Positions 18,172-28,325 of a stretch of 64,000 nucleotides of DNA are shown here, piece after piece. The number at the start of each line of letters is the position of its first letter. Within the stretch, counting starts at the first letter, position 1. The notes under the pieces were generated by a model. That model saw only the letters and a list, made by a program, of their open reading frames with translations. It made no database searches and was not told where the DNA came from. Source of the DNA: Spirochaetia bacterium (GTDB lineage Bacteria; Spirochaetota; Spirochaetia; SZUA-6; Bin103); NCBI GenBank assembly GCA_965203055.1, contig OZ241863.1, positions 1,536,001 through 1,600,000 of the forward strand, in the 5' to 3' direction. The translations under genes were made by a program, and so were the position numbers.

Positions 18172-20127
18172 CTAATTGAGCCCCTCGCTCTCCAGGAAGT
18201 CGTAGAACGGCGTGGCGCTGTTGGGCCCCAGCGTGAAGAAGATGTTGGTGTCCGGGTTGCCGGCGTAGAAGTCGCTGATCACCTGCGCCGACGCGGCGAC
18301 GTCGTCGCTGATGCTCAGCACCCCGTTGCTGCCGGCCAGGGCGATGCCGGCCTCGCGCATGGCGTCGGCGAAGCCGCTGCAGCGCGCGTCCAGGCCGATG
18401 TGCCCCACCTGATGGTTCACGCAGACCCCCTTCGAGCCGGCCGGCGCCGCCTGCGCCAGGAACTTGCCGCCGGCGTAGCCGCCGTCATACTCCCGCTGGC
18501 CGATGTAGGTGCCGTAGGGAATCCGGTCGGAGTCGGGGCCGTCGCCGGCGTTGAACCCGACCACCGGGATGCCGTCGGCCAGCACCCGCTTCACCGAGTC
18601 ACGCAGAATGTCGGCGTTGGTGATGGTAATCGCCATCCCGTCCGGCTGATCCGCGCGCGCCTGGTCCACCAGCCGCGCCACTTCGTTCACGTCGAACGCG
18701 TCGGGCGCCAGGATCTGCAGGTTCACCCCCAGGTTGGCGGCCGCCATGGTCATGGTGTCGCGCATGGTGCACCACCACGAATCCCAGTCGCAGCGCGCAT
18801 GTTGCACCGCGATCAGGTCCACGCTCCGGTTGCGCTGCGCGCCGTATTGATCGACGCTGGTAGGCAGCACGTCGATGTTGGCGCGGGTCACGAAACCGGG
18901 GCCGGTCGGCGTCACCGAGGTGGGCGGCACCGCGCGGAAGCGGTGGTTCAGGTAGAGGATGGTGACTGCGCCGTAGCCTTGCAGGAACGGCTGCTGATCG
19001 ATCCCGAACTCGGTGCGCCCGGAACGGATGTTGCGGGCGATCTCCTGGTTCAGGTCGAAGGTGCCGTGCACGTAGTCGGCGTCCATCATACCCTCCTGCT
19101 CCACGAAGCCGTAGAACGGCGTGGCGCCGTTGGGGCCCAGGGTCAGGAAGATGTCCACCGCCGGGTTGGCGGCGTAGAAGTCGCTGATGGTCTGCTGCGA
19201 GGAAGCGGCGTCGTCGCTCACCGCCAGTACTCCGCTGCTGCCCGCGACTCCGATGCCGGCTTCGCTCAGGGCGTCCACGAACCCCTGGCAGCGCGCGTCC
19301 AGGCCGACGTGCCCCACCGCCTGGTTGATGCACACGCCCAGATGCGATCCGCCGCCGGCGGCCGCGACCAGGCGCCGGCCACCCTCGTAGCCGCCCAGGT
19401 ACTCGTCCTGGCCGAGATAGGTCAGGTAGCCCACCTCGTCCAGCTCCGGGCCCCGCCCGGCGTTGTAGGCGACCACCGGAATGCCGGCGTCCAGCGCGCG
19501 CTGCACCGGCGCCTTGAAGCGCGAGTCGGTGTAGGTGAGCAGGATGCCGTCCGGCTGCGCCGCCACCGCCTGGTCGATCAGCTCGGCCACGCGGTTCAGG
19601 TCGAACGAGTCGGGCCCCAGCACCGTCACCTCGACGCCGGTGTCGGCGGCGGCCTGGGCAATGCCTTCCTCCACCGTGCACCAGAACGAATCCCACGCGC
19701 AGCGCGCGTGCTGCACCGCAATGAACGTCAGCTCCCGATCCGGGTCCACGATGAAGCGGGTAGGCGCCGTGTCGAGGTTGGCGGCGGTGAGGAACGCCGG
19801 CCCGGTGCTGGTCACCTTGGAGGCCGGGCTGATGCCGTAGCGCGCCTCCAGGGTGAGCGCGACGACGGAATTGTAGCCCTGCAGCGCCTGCTGCTGATTC
19901 ACCCCGAACAGCGTCACCCCGGATCTGATGTTGGCGCCGATCTCCTCACTGAAGTCGAACGTGCCATGCAGAATCCCGGACGCCATCTCCATGCCGGCCA
20001 TTTCCATGCCGGCGTCCGCGGCGGCGTCGCCATCTTCCGCGGACGGGCTGGCCATCAGTACGGCCATCCCCCCGAGCAGTCCTGCGGTGACCAGAAGCCA
20101 CCGTATCGATCCGGACCAAACGCGCAT
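18172..20127 (-). CDS. Sugar ABC substrate-binding protein, duplicated and circularly permuted
   Basis: Signal peptide, then HGTFD..QQ..LQGY..TGP (a C-terminal lobe segment), a complete periplasmic binding domain, and a second domain lacking that segment. Confidence 0.85.
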   Translation of the reverse strand: MRVWSGSIRWLLVTAGLLGGMAVLMASPSAEDGDAAADAGMEMAGMEMASGILHGTFDFSEEIGANIRSGVTLFGVNQQQALQGYNSVVALTLEARYGISPASKVTSTGPAFLTAANLDTAPTRFIVDPDRELTFIAVQHARCAWDSFWCTVEEGIAQAAADTGVEVTVLGPDSFDLNRVAELIDQAVAAQPDGILLTYTDSRFKAPVQRALDAGIPVVAYNAGRGPELDEVGYLTYLGQDEYLGGYEGGRRLVAAAGGGSHLGVCINQAVGHVGLDARCQGFVDALSEAGIGVAGSSGVLAVSDDAASSQQTISDFYAANPAVDIFLTLGPNGATPFYGFVEQEGMMDADYVHGTFDLNQEIARNIRSGRTEFGIDQQPFLQGYGAVTILYLNHRFRAVPPTSVTPTGPGFVTRANIDVLPTSVDQYGAQRNRSVDLIAVQHARCDWDSWWCTMRDTMTMAAANLGVNLQILAPDAFDVNEVARLVDQARADQPDGMAITITNADILRDSVKRVLADGIPVVGFNAGDGPDSDRIPYGTYIGQREYDGGYAGGKFLAQAAPAGSKGVCVNHQVGHIGLDARCSGFADAMREAGIALAGSNGVLSISDDVAASAQVISDFYAGNPDTNIFFTLGPNSATPFYDFLESEGLN

Positions 20128-20201
20128 ATCTCGTTACCTCCTCGATTCGCGTTTCTCGCACTCAATATAGGGCCTCTCCGGCCCGGCGTCTCGCTACTGC
20201 C

Positions 20202-21224
20202 TCAGTCGTCCCCCGCCGCCCGCCCCAGATATTGATTGAGCGCGGCGATGGCGATCAACAGAAATCCGAATACCGCCTGAAAGGTCTCGATCGACAACCC
20301 CACCAGTACCAGCCCCTGGCGCAGCAAGGAGATCATCACGATCCCCAGGCAGGCGCCGGCAACGGTGCCGAATCCGCCGCGCAGCCGCAACCCGCCGATG
20401 ACGCACGCGGCCACCGCGAACAGCTCCCACAGGTTGCCGGCCAGCGGATCGATGGAGGTGCGTTCGGCGAAGTTGATGACCGAGGCGATGGCCACCAGCG
20501 CGCCGACCAGCACGAACGCGATCAGCTTGACGCGGGCGGTCGGCACCCCCTGCGCCTGGGCGGCGTCGCGGTTGCCGCCGGCGGCGAACACCCAGTTGCC
20601 GAAGCGGGTGCGGTGCAGGATGAAGGCGAACACCAGCGCCAGCACCGCGAACCAGATGATGGAGGTGCGGAAGTTGCCGGCCGGCGCCGACAGTTCGTTG
20701 AGGCCGGTAATGCCGGAGTTCAACATGCCGAACAGGAACGGCGGTTCGTCGCTCGCATAGGTCACCACCCGCCCGCCGCCGATGGCGCGGGCCACGCCGC
20801 GGTAGGCCAGCAGCATTCCCAGGGTGATGATGAAGGAGGGGTTGCCCGACTTGACGACCACGGTCCCGTTGAACAGCCCCAGCAACGCGCCGGCGCCCAC
20901 CGCGATGAGCGCCGCCAGCCATACGTTCATGCCGCCCTGGCTGATCATCACTCCGTAGGTGAAGCCCACCACGGCGAAGGTGGAGCCGACCGACAGGTCG
21001 AACTCCCCGGCCACCATGAGGATCGCGACGCCGATTACGATGATCCCGAGGATGACGCTGAAGGTGATGACGTTGGAGATGGAAACGCCGGTCAGCAGCG
21101 TGTCCGGGGTGAGGATGGAGAACATCACCGCCAGGGCGGCGACGCTGATCAGCGCCACCAGCGCCGAGCGCCGCACCAGCAGCGTCTCGACCCGGGCCAA
21201 GGTCCTGCCGACCGGGTGCCGCAT
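20202..21224 (-). CDS. Sugar ABC transporter permease (second)
   Basis: GEFDLSVG, PSFIITLG, FGNWVFAAGGN..AAQAQGV, ACVIGG. Confidence 0.95.
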   Translation of the reverse strand: MRHPVGRTLARVETLLVRRSALVALISVAALAVMFSILTPDTLLTGVSISNVITFSVILGIIVIGVAILMVAGEFDLSVGSTFAVVGFTYGVMISQGGMNVWLAALIAVGAGALLGLFNGTVVVKSGNPSFIITLGMLLAYRGVARAIGGGRVVTYASDEPPFLFGMLNSGITGLNELSAPAGNFRTSIIWFAVLALVFAFILHRTRFGNWVFAAGGNRDAAQAQGVPTARVKLIAFVLVGALVAIASVINFAERTSIDPLAGNLWELFAVAACVIGGLRLRGGFGTVAGACLGIVMISLLRQGLVLVGLSIETFQAVFGFLLIAIAALNQYLGRAAGDD

Positions 21225-21379
21225 CCCGCAATCCTTCTAGCATGAAACGCCGCTCCGCGCCAACCCGCCCGCGGGCGGGGCGGGCCGGCCCGTCCGTGTC
21301 CTCCGTGCCCGTGGCTCCGTTGACGAGGATCACCGGCTCCCGTATACTCCGTGTCGCCATTGCGATTACGGTGGTGTCC

Positions 21380-21613
21380 ATGCACTTTGCAGTGCTCAGC
21401 GCCATCGAGAGCGTCGAAACAATTGCAATTGGCGGACGGATACGAGAGATCATGAGGCTCCAAAAACAGTACGGTCGCGGACGCTGGCGAAAGCTGAAGG
21501 GCGTTGCGGCCGTCCGGCTTCCCGGTGGCAGCATTCGCAACGCAGAACTGCATTGGTACGAGGCGCATGGAATCGGTAGAGTGAAGATGAAGATCAAGCG
21601 ATTTCTGGACTGA
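21380..21613 (+). CDS. Small basic conserved hypothetical protein (putative toxin)
   Basis: 77 aa, RLQKQYGRGRWRKLKG..AELHWYEAHGIGRVKMKIK; ATG preceded by TACGGT at 7 nt. Confidence 0.7.
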   Translation: MHFAVLSAIESVETIAIGGRIREIMRLQKQYGRGRWRKLKGVAAVRLPGGSIRNAELHWYEAHGIGRVKMKIKRFLD

Positions 21614-21617
21614 TAAC

Positions 21618-21830
21618 GTGGCAGATCAGTACGCTTTGTGTATCGAGAATCGAGAGTGCGATGATCTTGAGAAACGGAAGCTCTACCAAGTAATTCCTGA
21701 CGAAGAAGCAGCGAAAGAGGGATACTTGCGCGTCATAGACGAATCACGGGAAGACTACTTGTACCCACAGTCGTACTTTGTGTTCGTCCAAGTACCGCAT
21801 CACGTGCACGCGCTGCTGCGCATGCCATAA
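21618..21830 (+). CDS. Small acidic conserved hypothetical protein (putative antitoxin/immunity)
   Basis: 70 aa, LEKRKLYQV..GYLRVIDESREDYLYP; starts 4 nt after the upstream stop. Confidence 0.7.
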   Translation: MADQYALCIENRECDDLEKRKLYQVIPDEEAAKEGYLRVIDESREDYLYPQSYFVFVQVPHHVHALLRMP

Positions 21831-21869
21831 CTGCAGCGTCTACCCAACGTATTCGACGCGCGCGTCCTT

Positions 21870-24800
21870 ATGTTGCCTCCTCCTGATTCACCCGCCGGCA
21901 ACCTCGAACGGCTGACGGCGTTGCTACGGGAGATGTTCCAGCTCGACCGCGGCGACCTCGACTTCGGCCTCTACCGGATCATCAAGCTGCAGGCGGGGGA
22001 GATCACGGCGTTTCTCGACCGCGACCTGCTACCGCAGGTCAAGACCGAGATGGACCTGAGCGGCGCCGGCGAGCTTGCCGCTCTGCAAGCGCAACTGGAG
22101 TCGGCCCGGGAGTCGGCGAGCAGGCTGGGCATCGACCCCGACGCCAACGCTCCGCCGGCGGTCGTCGAGTTGCAGCGCCGCGTTGCCGAGCTGCGCCAGG
22201 ACGCAGCCGCGGAAGCCGACGTCTACAACCACTTGGCCAACTTCTTCGCCCGATACTACGCGGAGGGGGACTTCGTGGCGCAGCGCCGCTACATGAGCGG
22301 CGGGCGCTCCGCATACCTGATTCCCTACGATGGCGAGGAGGTGAAGTTGCACTGGGCCAACGCCGGCCAGTACTACGTCAAGACCACCGAGAATTACGCC
22401 GGCTACGCGTTCACGGCCGGCGCGGGGGAGGCGGCGCGGCGGGTACGCTTCGAGATTGCCGCGGCCGACAGCGCCCGGGACGCCGTCGGGGAGGCCGCCG
22501 GCCGGCAGCGGCGCTTCGTCCTTGCCGGCCGGTCCGGCGGCCGGCCGGCGGTGGAGGAGGGCGAGCTGGTGGTGCGATTCGAGCACCGCCCGCTGACCGA
22601 CCGCGAAAAGAGGCGCTGGCCGGGCAACGGCAACGGCCAGCAGGAACGGATCAACGCCGCGGCCGGCGACCGGATTCTGAGCGCGGTCACCCAGGATTGG
22701 CGGTTCCTGCTGGCGGCGCCGGCGCCTGGGGAGGCCAACGCCGACCGTACCCTGCTGGCCCGTCACCTCGCGCGCTACACCGCCGGCAACAGCTTCGACT
22801 ACTTCATCCACAAGGACCTGGGCGGTTTCCTGCGCCGCGAGCTGGACCTGTACCTGAACCGCGAGGTGCTGAACCCGGATGATCTGGACCGGGGCGGCGC
22901 GCCGCGGCTGGACCGGGCGCTGGCGCGGGTCCGGGCGGTGCGCCGCGTCGGGCGCAAGATCATCGACTTCCTGGCCCGCCTGGAGGACTTTCAGAAGCAG
23001 CTCTGGCTCAAGAAGAAGCTGGTGCTGGAGACGCACTGGTGCGTCACCCTGGATCGCGTCCCGGATTCTTTCCTGCCGGAGATCGCGGCCAACGCGGGGC
23101 AGTGCGACGAGTGGGTGCGCTTGTTCGCGGTGGACCGGATCGAGGGCGACCTGATGAACGGCGGCGCCTGGAAGCAACCGCCGAGCGTCGAGTTGCTCAA
23201 GGCGAACCCCTGCCTCGTGGTGGACACGCGCCACTTCGACCGCGGCTTCACCGACCGCCTGCTGGCGGCGCTGGGGGAGGCCGGCCCGCTGGACGAACAG
23301 ACCGACGGGGTGCTGGTGCAGGGCGAGAACTTCCAGGCGCTGAACCTGCTGCAGGCGCGGTATCGGGGACAGGTGCGGTGCATCTACATCGACCCGCCCT
23401 ACAACACCGATGCGTCCGCGATCCTCTACAAGAACGACTACAAGGACTCCTCCTGGCTGTCGCTGATGGCGGAGGGGCTGCGGCTGGCGCGCGCCTGGCT
23501 GACCGAAGACGGCGTGCTGTGCGCGGCGATCGATGACGAAGAGGTGTCCCTGTTGCGGTTGCTCATGCGCGGTCTGCTGCCGCGCGAGCTGGGAATCGTT
23601 GCGGTCCGCTCCAACCCGGCGGGCAGGAAGTCGCGCGGACAGTTCTCTCCGGCGCACGAATACGCGCTGTTCTTCGGCAATCCGGCGGCCGTGCCGGGCA
23701 CGCTGGACAAGACAGCGCGGGAACTTGCTCGCTACCCGCTGACCGATGACCAGGGCCGGTACGCATGGAACAACCTGATCCGCCATGGATCCGGAGACAG
23801 AAGACATGATCGCCCCACGATGTTCTTTCCGATATACGTCAGCCATGACGACACGATTCGCGTTCCTGAAATGGAGTGGGATTCGGACAAGCAGGAGTAT
23901 GACCTGTCGGAGGAGCCGCGAGACGATGAAGTCGCCGTGTGGCCCATCGTCGTAGCGGACGGCGGCGTAATCGAGAAGCGCTGGCATCGCGGCCCGGAGC
24001 GGGTGAGGGCGGCGCTGCACGACTATCGCGTCCGCCGGAACGGCAAGGAAGGCCCTGCCCGCGGAATAGAGATCGACTTCAAGATTCGTCCCGACCTGGG
24101 CTCGATGCCGAAGACGTGGTGGGACGACGCCAGGTACGCGTCCGCGAATCTCGGCGCCAAGATGCTCAAGGACCTGTTCGGAGACAAGGAGTTCGACTTC
24201 GCCAAGGCCACCGGTCTGGTGGAGGACTGCCTGCGCGCCTCCCGCTGCGGCGCCGGCGCCGTCGTGCTCGACTACTTCGCCGGTTCCGGCACCACCGGCC
24301 ACGCGGTAATCAATCTCAATCGGATCGATGGCGGCGGCCGCCGCTACGTGCTGGTCGAGGTCGGTCGCCACTTCGACACCGTATTGCTGCCGCGTCTGAA
24401 GAAGGCGATCCATTCCCCGGATTGGAAGGAGGGCCGACCGGTCTCCCGCCGCGGTCTCTCGCAACTGTTCAAGTACCTCCGCCTGGAGGCCTACGAAGAT
24501 ACGCTGGAGAGTCTGGAAGCGACCCCGCCGTCGCCCGCACGGCGCGCATTGCTCGCCGCAGCCCCCGACCTGGCGGAGGACTACCGGTTGCGCTACGCGT
24601 TGGGTAGGGAAACCGCCGGCCGCGCCGGCCTGCTTGGCGGGGTGTTCACCGACCCCTTTTCCTACACGGTTGCCGTGATGCGCGGCGGCGCGCGGCGTGA
24701 GGTGCCGGTCGACCTGCCGGAGACCTTCAATTACCTGCTCGGCCTGCGCGTAGCGTCCCGCCGGCGCATCGACGGCGTGTTGGCGATCGCCGGCACCGAC

Positions 24801-25031
24801 CCCGAGGGCCGGCGCTGCCTGATCCTGTGGCGCAGTCTGCGCGCCACGGGCTACGCCGAGCTGGAAGCCTGGTTCATCCGCCATCGCGAGCGGTTTCCGC
24901 GCCCGCTGCACCTCATCTACGTCAATGGCGACCACACCTTGAACGCCCTGCTGCCGCCCGACGAGGCCTGGACCGCGGAACTGATCGAACCGATCTTCCG
25001 CGAACTGATGTTCAAGGAAGAACAACAGTAG
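21870..25031 (+). CDS. mod: Type III-like R-M DNA methyltransferase (Mod), long form
   Basis: IYIDPPYNT (motif IV) precedes VLDYFAGSGTTGHA (motif I), the beta-class order, with a target-recognition region between; long N-terminal extension beginning DLDFGLYRI. Confidence 0.9.
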   Translation: MLPPPDSPAGNLERLTALLREMFQLDRGDLDFGLYRIIKLQAGEITAFLDRDLLPQVKTEMDLSGAGELAALQAQLESARESASRLGIDPDANAPPAVVELQRRVAELRQDAAAEADVYNHLANFFARYYAEGDFVAQRRYMSGGRSAYLIPYDGEEVKLHWANAGQYYVKTTENYAGYAFTAGAGEAARRVRFEIAAADSARDAVGEAAGRQRRFVLAGRSGGRPAVEEGELVVRFEHRPLTDREKRRWPGNGNGQQERINAAAGDRILSAVTQDWRFLLAAPAPGEANADRTLLARHLARYTAGNSFDYFIHKDLGGFLRRELDLYLNREVLNPDDLDRGGAPRLDRALARVRAVRRVGRKIIDFLARLEDFQKQLWLKKKLVLETHWCVTLDRVPDSFLPEIAANAGQCDEWVRLFAVDRIEGDLMNGGAWKQPPSVELLKANPCLVVDTRHFDRGFTDRLLAALGEAGPLDEQTDGVLVQGENFQALNLLQARYRGQVRCIYIDPPYNTDASAILYKNDYKDSSWLSLMAEGLRLARAWLTEDGVLCAAIDDEEVSLLRLLMRGLLPRELGIVAVRSNPAGRKSRGQFSPAHEYALFFGNPAAVPGTLDKTARELARYPLTDDQGRYAWNNLIRHGSGDRRHDRPTMFFPIYVSHDDTIRVPEMEWDSDKQEYDLSEEPRDDEVAVWPIVVADGGVIEKRWHRGPERVRAALHDYRVRRNGKEGPARGIEIDFKIRPDLGSMPKTWWDDARYASANLGAKMLKDLFGDKEFDFAKATGLVEDCLRASRCGAGAVVLDYFAGSGTTGHAVINLNRIDGGGRRYVLVEVGRHFDTVLLPRLKKAIHSPDWKEGRPVSRRGLSQLFKYLRLEAYEDTLESLEATPPSPARRALLAAAPDLAEDYRLRYALGRETAGRAGLLGGVFTDPFSYTVAVMRGGARREVPVDLPETFNYLLGLRVASRRRIDGVLAIAGTDPEGRRCLILWRSLRATGYAELEAWFIRHRERFPRPLHLIYVNGDHTLNALLPPDEAWTAELIEPIFRELMFKEEQQ

Positions 25032-28000
25032 TGCCGCCTCCCGGACCGCGCCGCCGGGACCTGCTGCAGAACCGGCTGGTGTTGCACCGGTTCGTCTGCC
25101 GGGAGTTCGGGTTCGACGACCTGGGAACGATGCTCGGGCGGTTGCGCGACGCGCCGGTCGATCCCGCCGGCGGGGCAAGTGACTATGCCGCAGTACTCGC
25201 CGTGTACCTCACCGGCGCGACGCGCGTAACCTCCGATCTGCTGGCCGAGTACGCTGCCAACATCGCGCTCCACAGCGAGCGGTTGCGGATGTCCGGCGAG
25301 CATGACCGCACCTGGAAGCCGCATCAGTACGCCGCCCTGCTGTTCGCCGAACATTACCTGCGCCGCTACTTCGAGGACCCCGCGGCGCTGTGCGCCGACC
25401 TCGACCGCCACCGGCAACGTGACCGCCTGACCGCCTCCCTGCCGGAGTACCGGCCTGAAGAGCTGCGCACGGTCGCCTTCCAGAGCGCTACCGGCTCCGG
25501 CAAGACCCTGCTGATGCACGCCAACCTGCTGCAATACCGCCATTACCTGAGCCGGGCCGGCGGGCGGCTGAACAACGTGGTGCTGGTGACCCCGAACGAG
25601 CAATTGTCGTTGCAGCACCAACGGGAGCTGCTCGCGAGCGGCCTGCCGGCCCGGTTGTTCTCGCGCGGCGCCGGCTCCGAACTGTTCGACCCGGTGGAGA
25701 TCATCGACCTGAACAAGCTGGCCGAGCGGCCGGGCGTGAAGCGCGTCGCGGTGGGCGACTTCGGCGGCGACAACCTGGTGCTGGTCGACGAGGGCCACCT
25801 GGGCGCTACCGGTCGGGTGTGGCGCGAGCGCCGGCGCGAACTGTCGCACGGCGGCTTTACCTTCGAGTACTCCGCCACGTTCAACCAGGTGACGAGCGGC
25901 CGCGACCCTGAGCTGCTGAACGCCTACGGCAAGTGCCTCCTGTTCGACTACTCCTACCGCCGCTTCCACGCCGAGGGCTACGGCAAGGACTACGCCATCC
26001 TCAACTTGCCGGGCGGGGCGCAGGATGAAGGCAGCGACATGTACCTGCTGGGATGCCTGCTCACCTTCTACCAGCAATGCCGGATCTGGCGGGAGCAGGG
26101 CGAGCAATACGCGGCGTTCAACCCGGCCAAGCCGCTGTGGGTGTTCCTCGGCAAGACCGTGGCCGGATCGAGCCGCGCCGACCGGGAGACCCGCTCCGAC
26201 GTGGTCCGCATCCTGCGCTTTCTCGGTTGGGTACTGGGGCATGGCGAAGTGGCGCAGGTGATGATCGAGCACCTGCTGGCCGGCGCCTCGGGGCTGCTCG
26301 ACGACGCCGGCACCGACTACTTCGCGGGCCGCTTCCACCACCTGCCGCGCAACGGCGCCGCGGTGTACGCCGACCTGTGCGAGACCGTGTTCCACGGACC
26401 GGGGCGGCTGCGCGTCGTGTACCTGACCGCGGGCGAGGGAGAACTGCACCTCCGCACCGCCGACAACGAACCTTTCGGAGTCGTCAACGTCGGCGACTCC
26501 GCGGCGCTCTACAAGTTGCTCACCGATACCGATACGGCGTCCCGGGACTTCGCCGTCGATCGGGAGCTGGGCTTCGCCGGGCGGCTGTTCGGCAGCGTGG
26601 ACCGGCCCGACTCGACGGTGAACGTGGTGGTCGGAGCACGGCGCTTCATCGCCGGTTGGAACTCCTGGCGCGTCAGCACGTTGGGGCTGATGCACGTCGG
26701 CGTTGGCGAAGGACCGGAGATCATCCAGATGTTCGGCCGCGGCGTGCGGCTGAAGGGCTGGAATCTGAGCCTGAAGCGGCACCGCGCGAGCGGCGCCCCG
26801 CCGCCGGCGGACAGCGCCGGCCTGATGGAGCTGGAGCGGCTGTACATCTTCGGGTTGCGCGCCAACTACATGCAGACCTTCCGCGACCTGCTGCAGCAGG
26901 AGGGGATCCGCACCGAGCCGCAGACGGTGCGCCTCCCGGTGACCTGGAACTTCGCCCGCACCACCGACTTGAAGCTGATCCGGCTGCGCGAGGACCGGCA
27001 GTACCAATACTCCGGCGAACGGCCCGTGCTGCCGGAGCCCGCCGCCGCCGGCCTGCCGCTGGTCACTCTGGACCGATACTCGCGCCTGCAATCGATCGCC
27101 TCCGGCGCTGCCGCGGCGGGCGCCGGGGCGGGCCGGAACGCCGTCAGCCTCAAGCCCCGCGCCGTTCTGTTCGACGCCGATCGGCTATACCAGCGGCTGC
27201 TGCTGCGCAAGCGGCGCCGGGGCTGGCATAACCTGATCATCGAGCGGCGTACCGTAGAACGACTGCTGGGGAGCGACGACTGGTACCAGCTCACGCTGCC
27301 GGCCGAGCGCCTGGACTTGGCCGGGTTTCGGGAGGTGGGCGGCCTTGAGGAGATCGCCCTCGATCTGCTCACCGAGTACGCCGACCGGTTCTGGCGCGCG
27401 AGCCGCCGCCGCTGGGAGCACGCCAGAATCGAGGTGGTCCCGCTGACCCGGGACGATCCCAACAGCGTCGGCGCCTACGAGATGACGCTGGACGCCGCCC
27501 GCGAGCAGTTGGTCAAGGAAGCCGGCGAACTGGCGCGCGCCCTCCGGGAGGGCCGCTTCGACGCCCTGAAGCCGTGGTACGACGGCCTGCAGATCGGGAC
27601 CATGAGCTTTGCCGCGCACGCCTACCGCCCGCTGCTCTACGCGCGCGGCGAACGCGCCGTCACCGTGCAACCGACGCCCCTGGACCTCCACGAGAAGCGC
27701 GTCGTCGAGCAGTTGGCGGGGCTCGCCATGCGCGGCGACCCGGCCCTGCAGGGCCGGGAGCTGTTCCTGATTCGCAACCAGGCGCGCGGGCGCGGCGTCT
27801 CCTTCTTCGACGACTTCGGCTACTACCCCGACTTCATCGCCTGGCTGAAGGACGCTGCCAGCCAGCACGTGCTGTTCCTGGATCCGAAGGGGCTGAGCCG
27901 GTTCGGCGGCCGGGAACGCCGCAAGGTGCGGTTGCACCGTGCGATCGGCGAAGTGGAGCGGCACGCGCGCCGCACCGACCCGAATCTGCGGCTGCATGCC

Positions 28001-28165
28001 TATGTCCTGTCGGTCACCCCGGCCGCGCAGATCGACGCCGGCGCCCGCTCCGCCGCCGACTGGAAGCGAGACGGCGTCTACTTCCTGAACGAACGCGACT
28101 GTCTGCAGGAAGTGATCGCGCACGCCCTGCGCCGCTCCCGGGCGTCCACCGCGCTCTCCGAGTGA
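25031..28165 (+). CDS. res: Type III-like R-M restriction subunit (Res; SF2 helicase + PD-(D/E)XK nuclease)
   Basis: ATGSGKT, LVDEGH, EYSATF, IQMFGRGVRL, YYPDFI..FLDPKG; GTG start overlaps the mod stop (TAGTG). Confidence 0.9.
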   Translation: MPPPGPRRRDLLQNRLVLHRFVCREFGFDDLGTMLGRLRDAPVDPAGGASDYAAVLAVYLTGATRVTSDLLAEYAANIALHSERLRMSGEHDRTWKPHQYAALLFAEHYLRRYFEDPAALCADLDRHRQRDRLTASLPEYRPEELRTVAFQSATGSGKTLLMHANLLQYRHYLSRAGGRLNNVVLVTPNEQLSLQHQRELLASGLPARLFSRGAGSELFDPVEIIDLNKLAERPGVKRVAVGDFGGDNLVLVDEGHLGATGRVWRERRRELSHGGFTFEYSATFNQVTSGRDPELLNAYGKCLLFDYSYRRFHAEGYGKDYAILNLPGGAQDEGSDMYLLGCLLTFYQQCRIWREQGEQYAAFNPAKPLWVFLGKTVAGSSRADRETRSDVVRILRFLGWVLGHGEVAQVMIEHLLAGASGLLDDAGTDYFAGRFHHLPRNGAAVYADLCETVFHGPGRLRVVYLTAGEGELHLRTADNEPFGVVNVGDSAALYKLLTDTDTASRDFAVDRELGFAGRLFGSVDRPDSTVNVVVGARRFIAGWNSWRVSTLGLMHVGVGEGPEIIQMFGRGVRLKGWNLSLKRHRASGAPPPADSAGLMELERLYIFGLRANYMQTFRDLLQQEGIRTEPQTVRLPVTWNFARTTDLKLIRLREDRQYQYSGERPVLPEPAAAGLPLVTLDRYSRLQSIASGAAAAGAGAGRNAVSLKPRAVLFDADRLYQRLLLRKRRRGWHNLIIERRTVERLLGSDDWYQLTLPAERLDLAGFREVGGLEEIALDLLTEYADRFWRASRRRWEHARIEVVPLTRDDPNSVGAYEMTLDAAREQLVKEAGELARALREGRFDALKPWYDGLQIGTMSFAAHAYRPLLYARGERAVTVQPTPLDLHEKRVVEQLAGLAMRGDPALQGRELFLIRNQARGRGVSFFDDFGYYPDFIAWLKDAASQHVLFLDPKGLSRFGGRERRKVRLHRAIGEVERHARRTDPNLRLHAYVLSVTPAAQIDAGARSAADWKRDGVYFLNERDCLQEVIAHALRRSRASTALSE

Positions 28166-28167
28166 AC

Positions 28168-28240
28168 CGCGCGTGAGCGGGCGGTCCGCAATCACGCGAG
28201 TCCTGCCGCCGCGGTAAGCCCGCCCGCCGCTCACGCGCGC
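28168..28240. terminator. Long GC-rich inverted repeat downstream of res
   Basis: cgcgcgtgagcgg ... ccgctcacgcgcg; no clear U-tail. Confidence 0.45.
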
Positions 28241-28325
28241 GGAGACACTGGCGCCGATTCACAGGCAGCGGCGCGAGACAACGAGCGAGCCGGCGCGGCG
28301 CCCGGCAGTCTGGTAGGATGCCGGC

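Noticed and set aside
21870..25031. Phase-variable mod (phasevarion)
   Set aside because: No simple-sequence repeat tract seen in or upstream of mod, and the ORF is intact.
22029..25178. 1049-aa minus-strand ORF and many other long antisense ORFs (e.g. 24917-27091, 18043-20235, 50747-52675)
   Set aside because: Shadow ORFs opposite well-supported genes, expected in high-GC DNA; no recognisable motifs.
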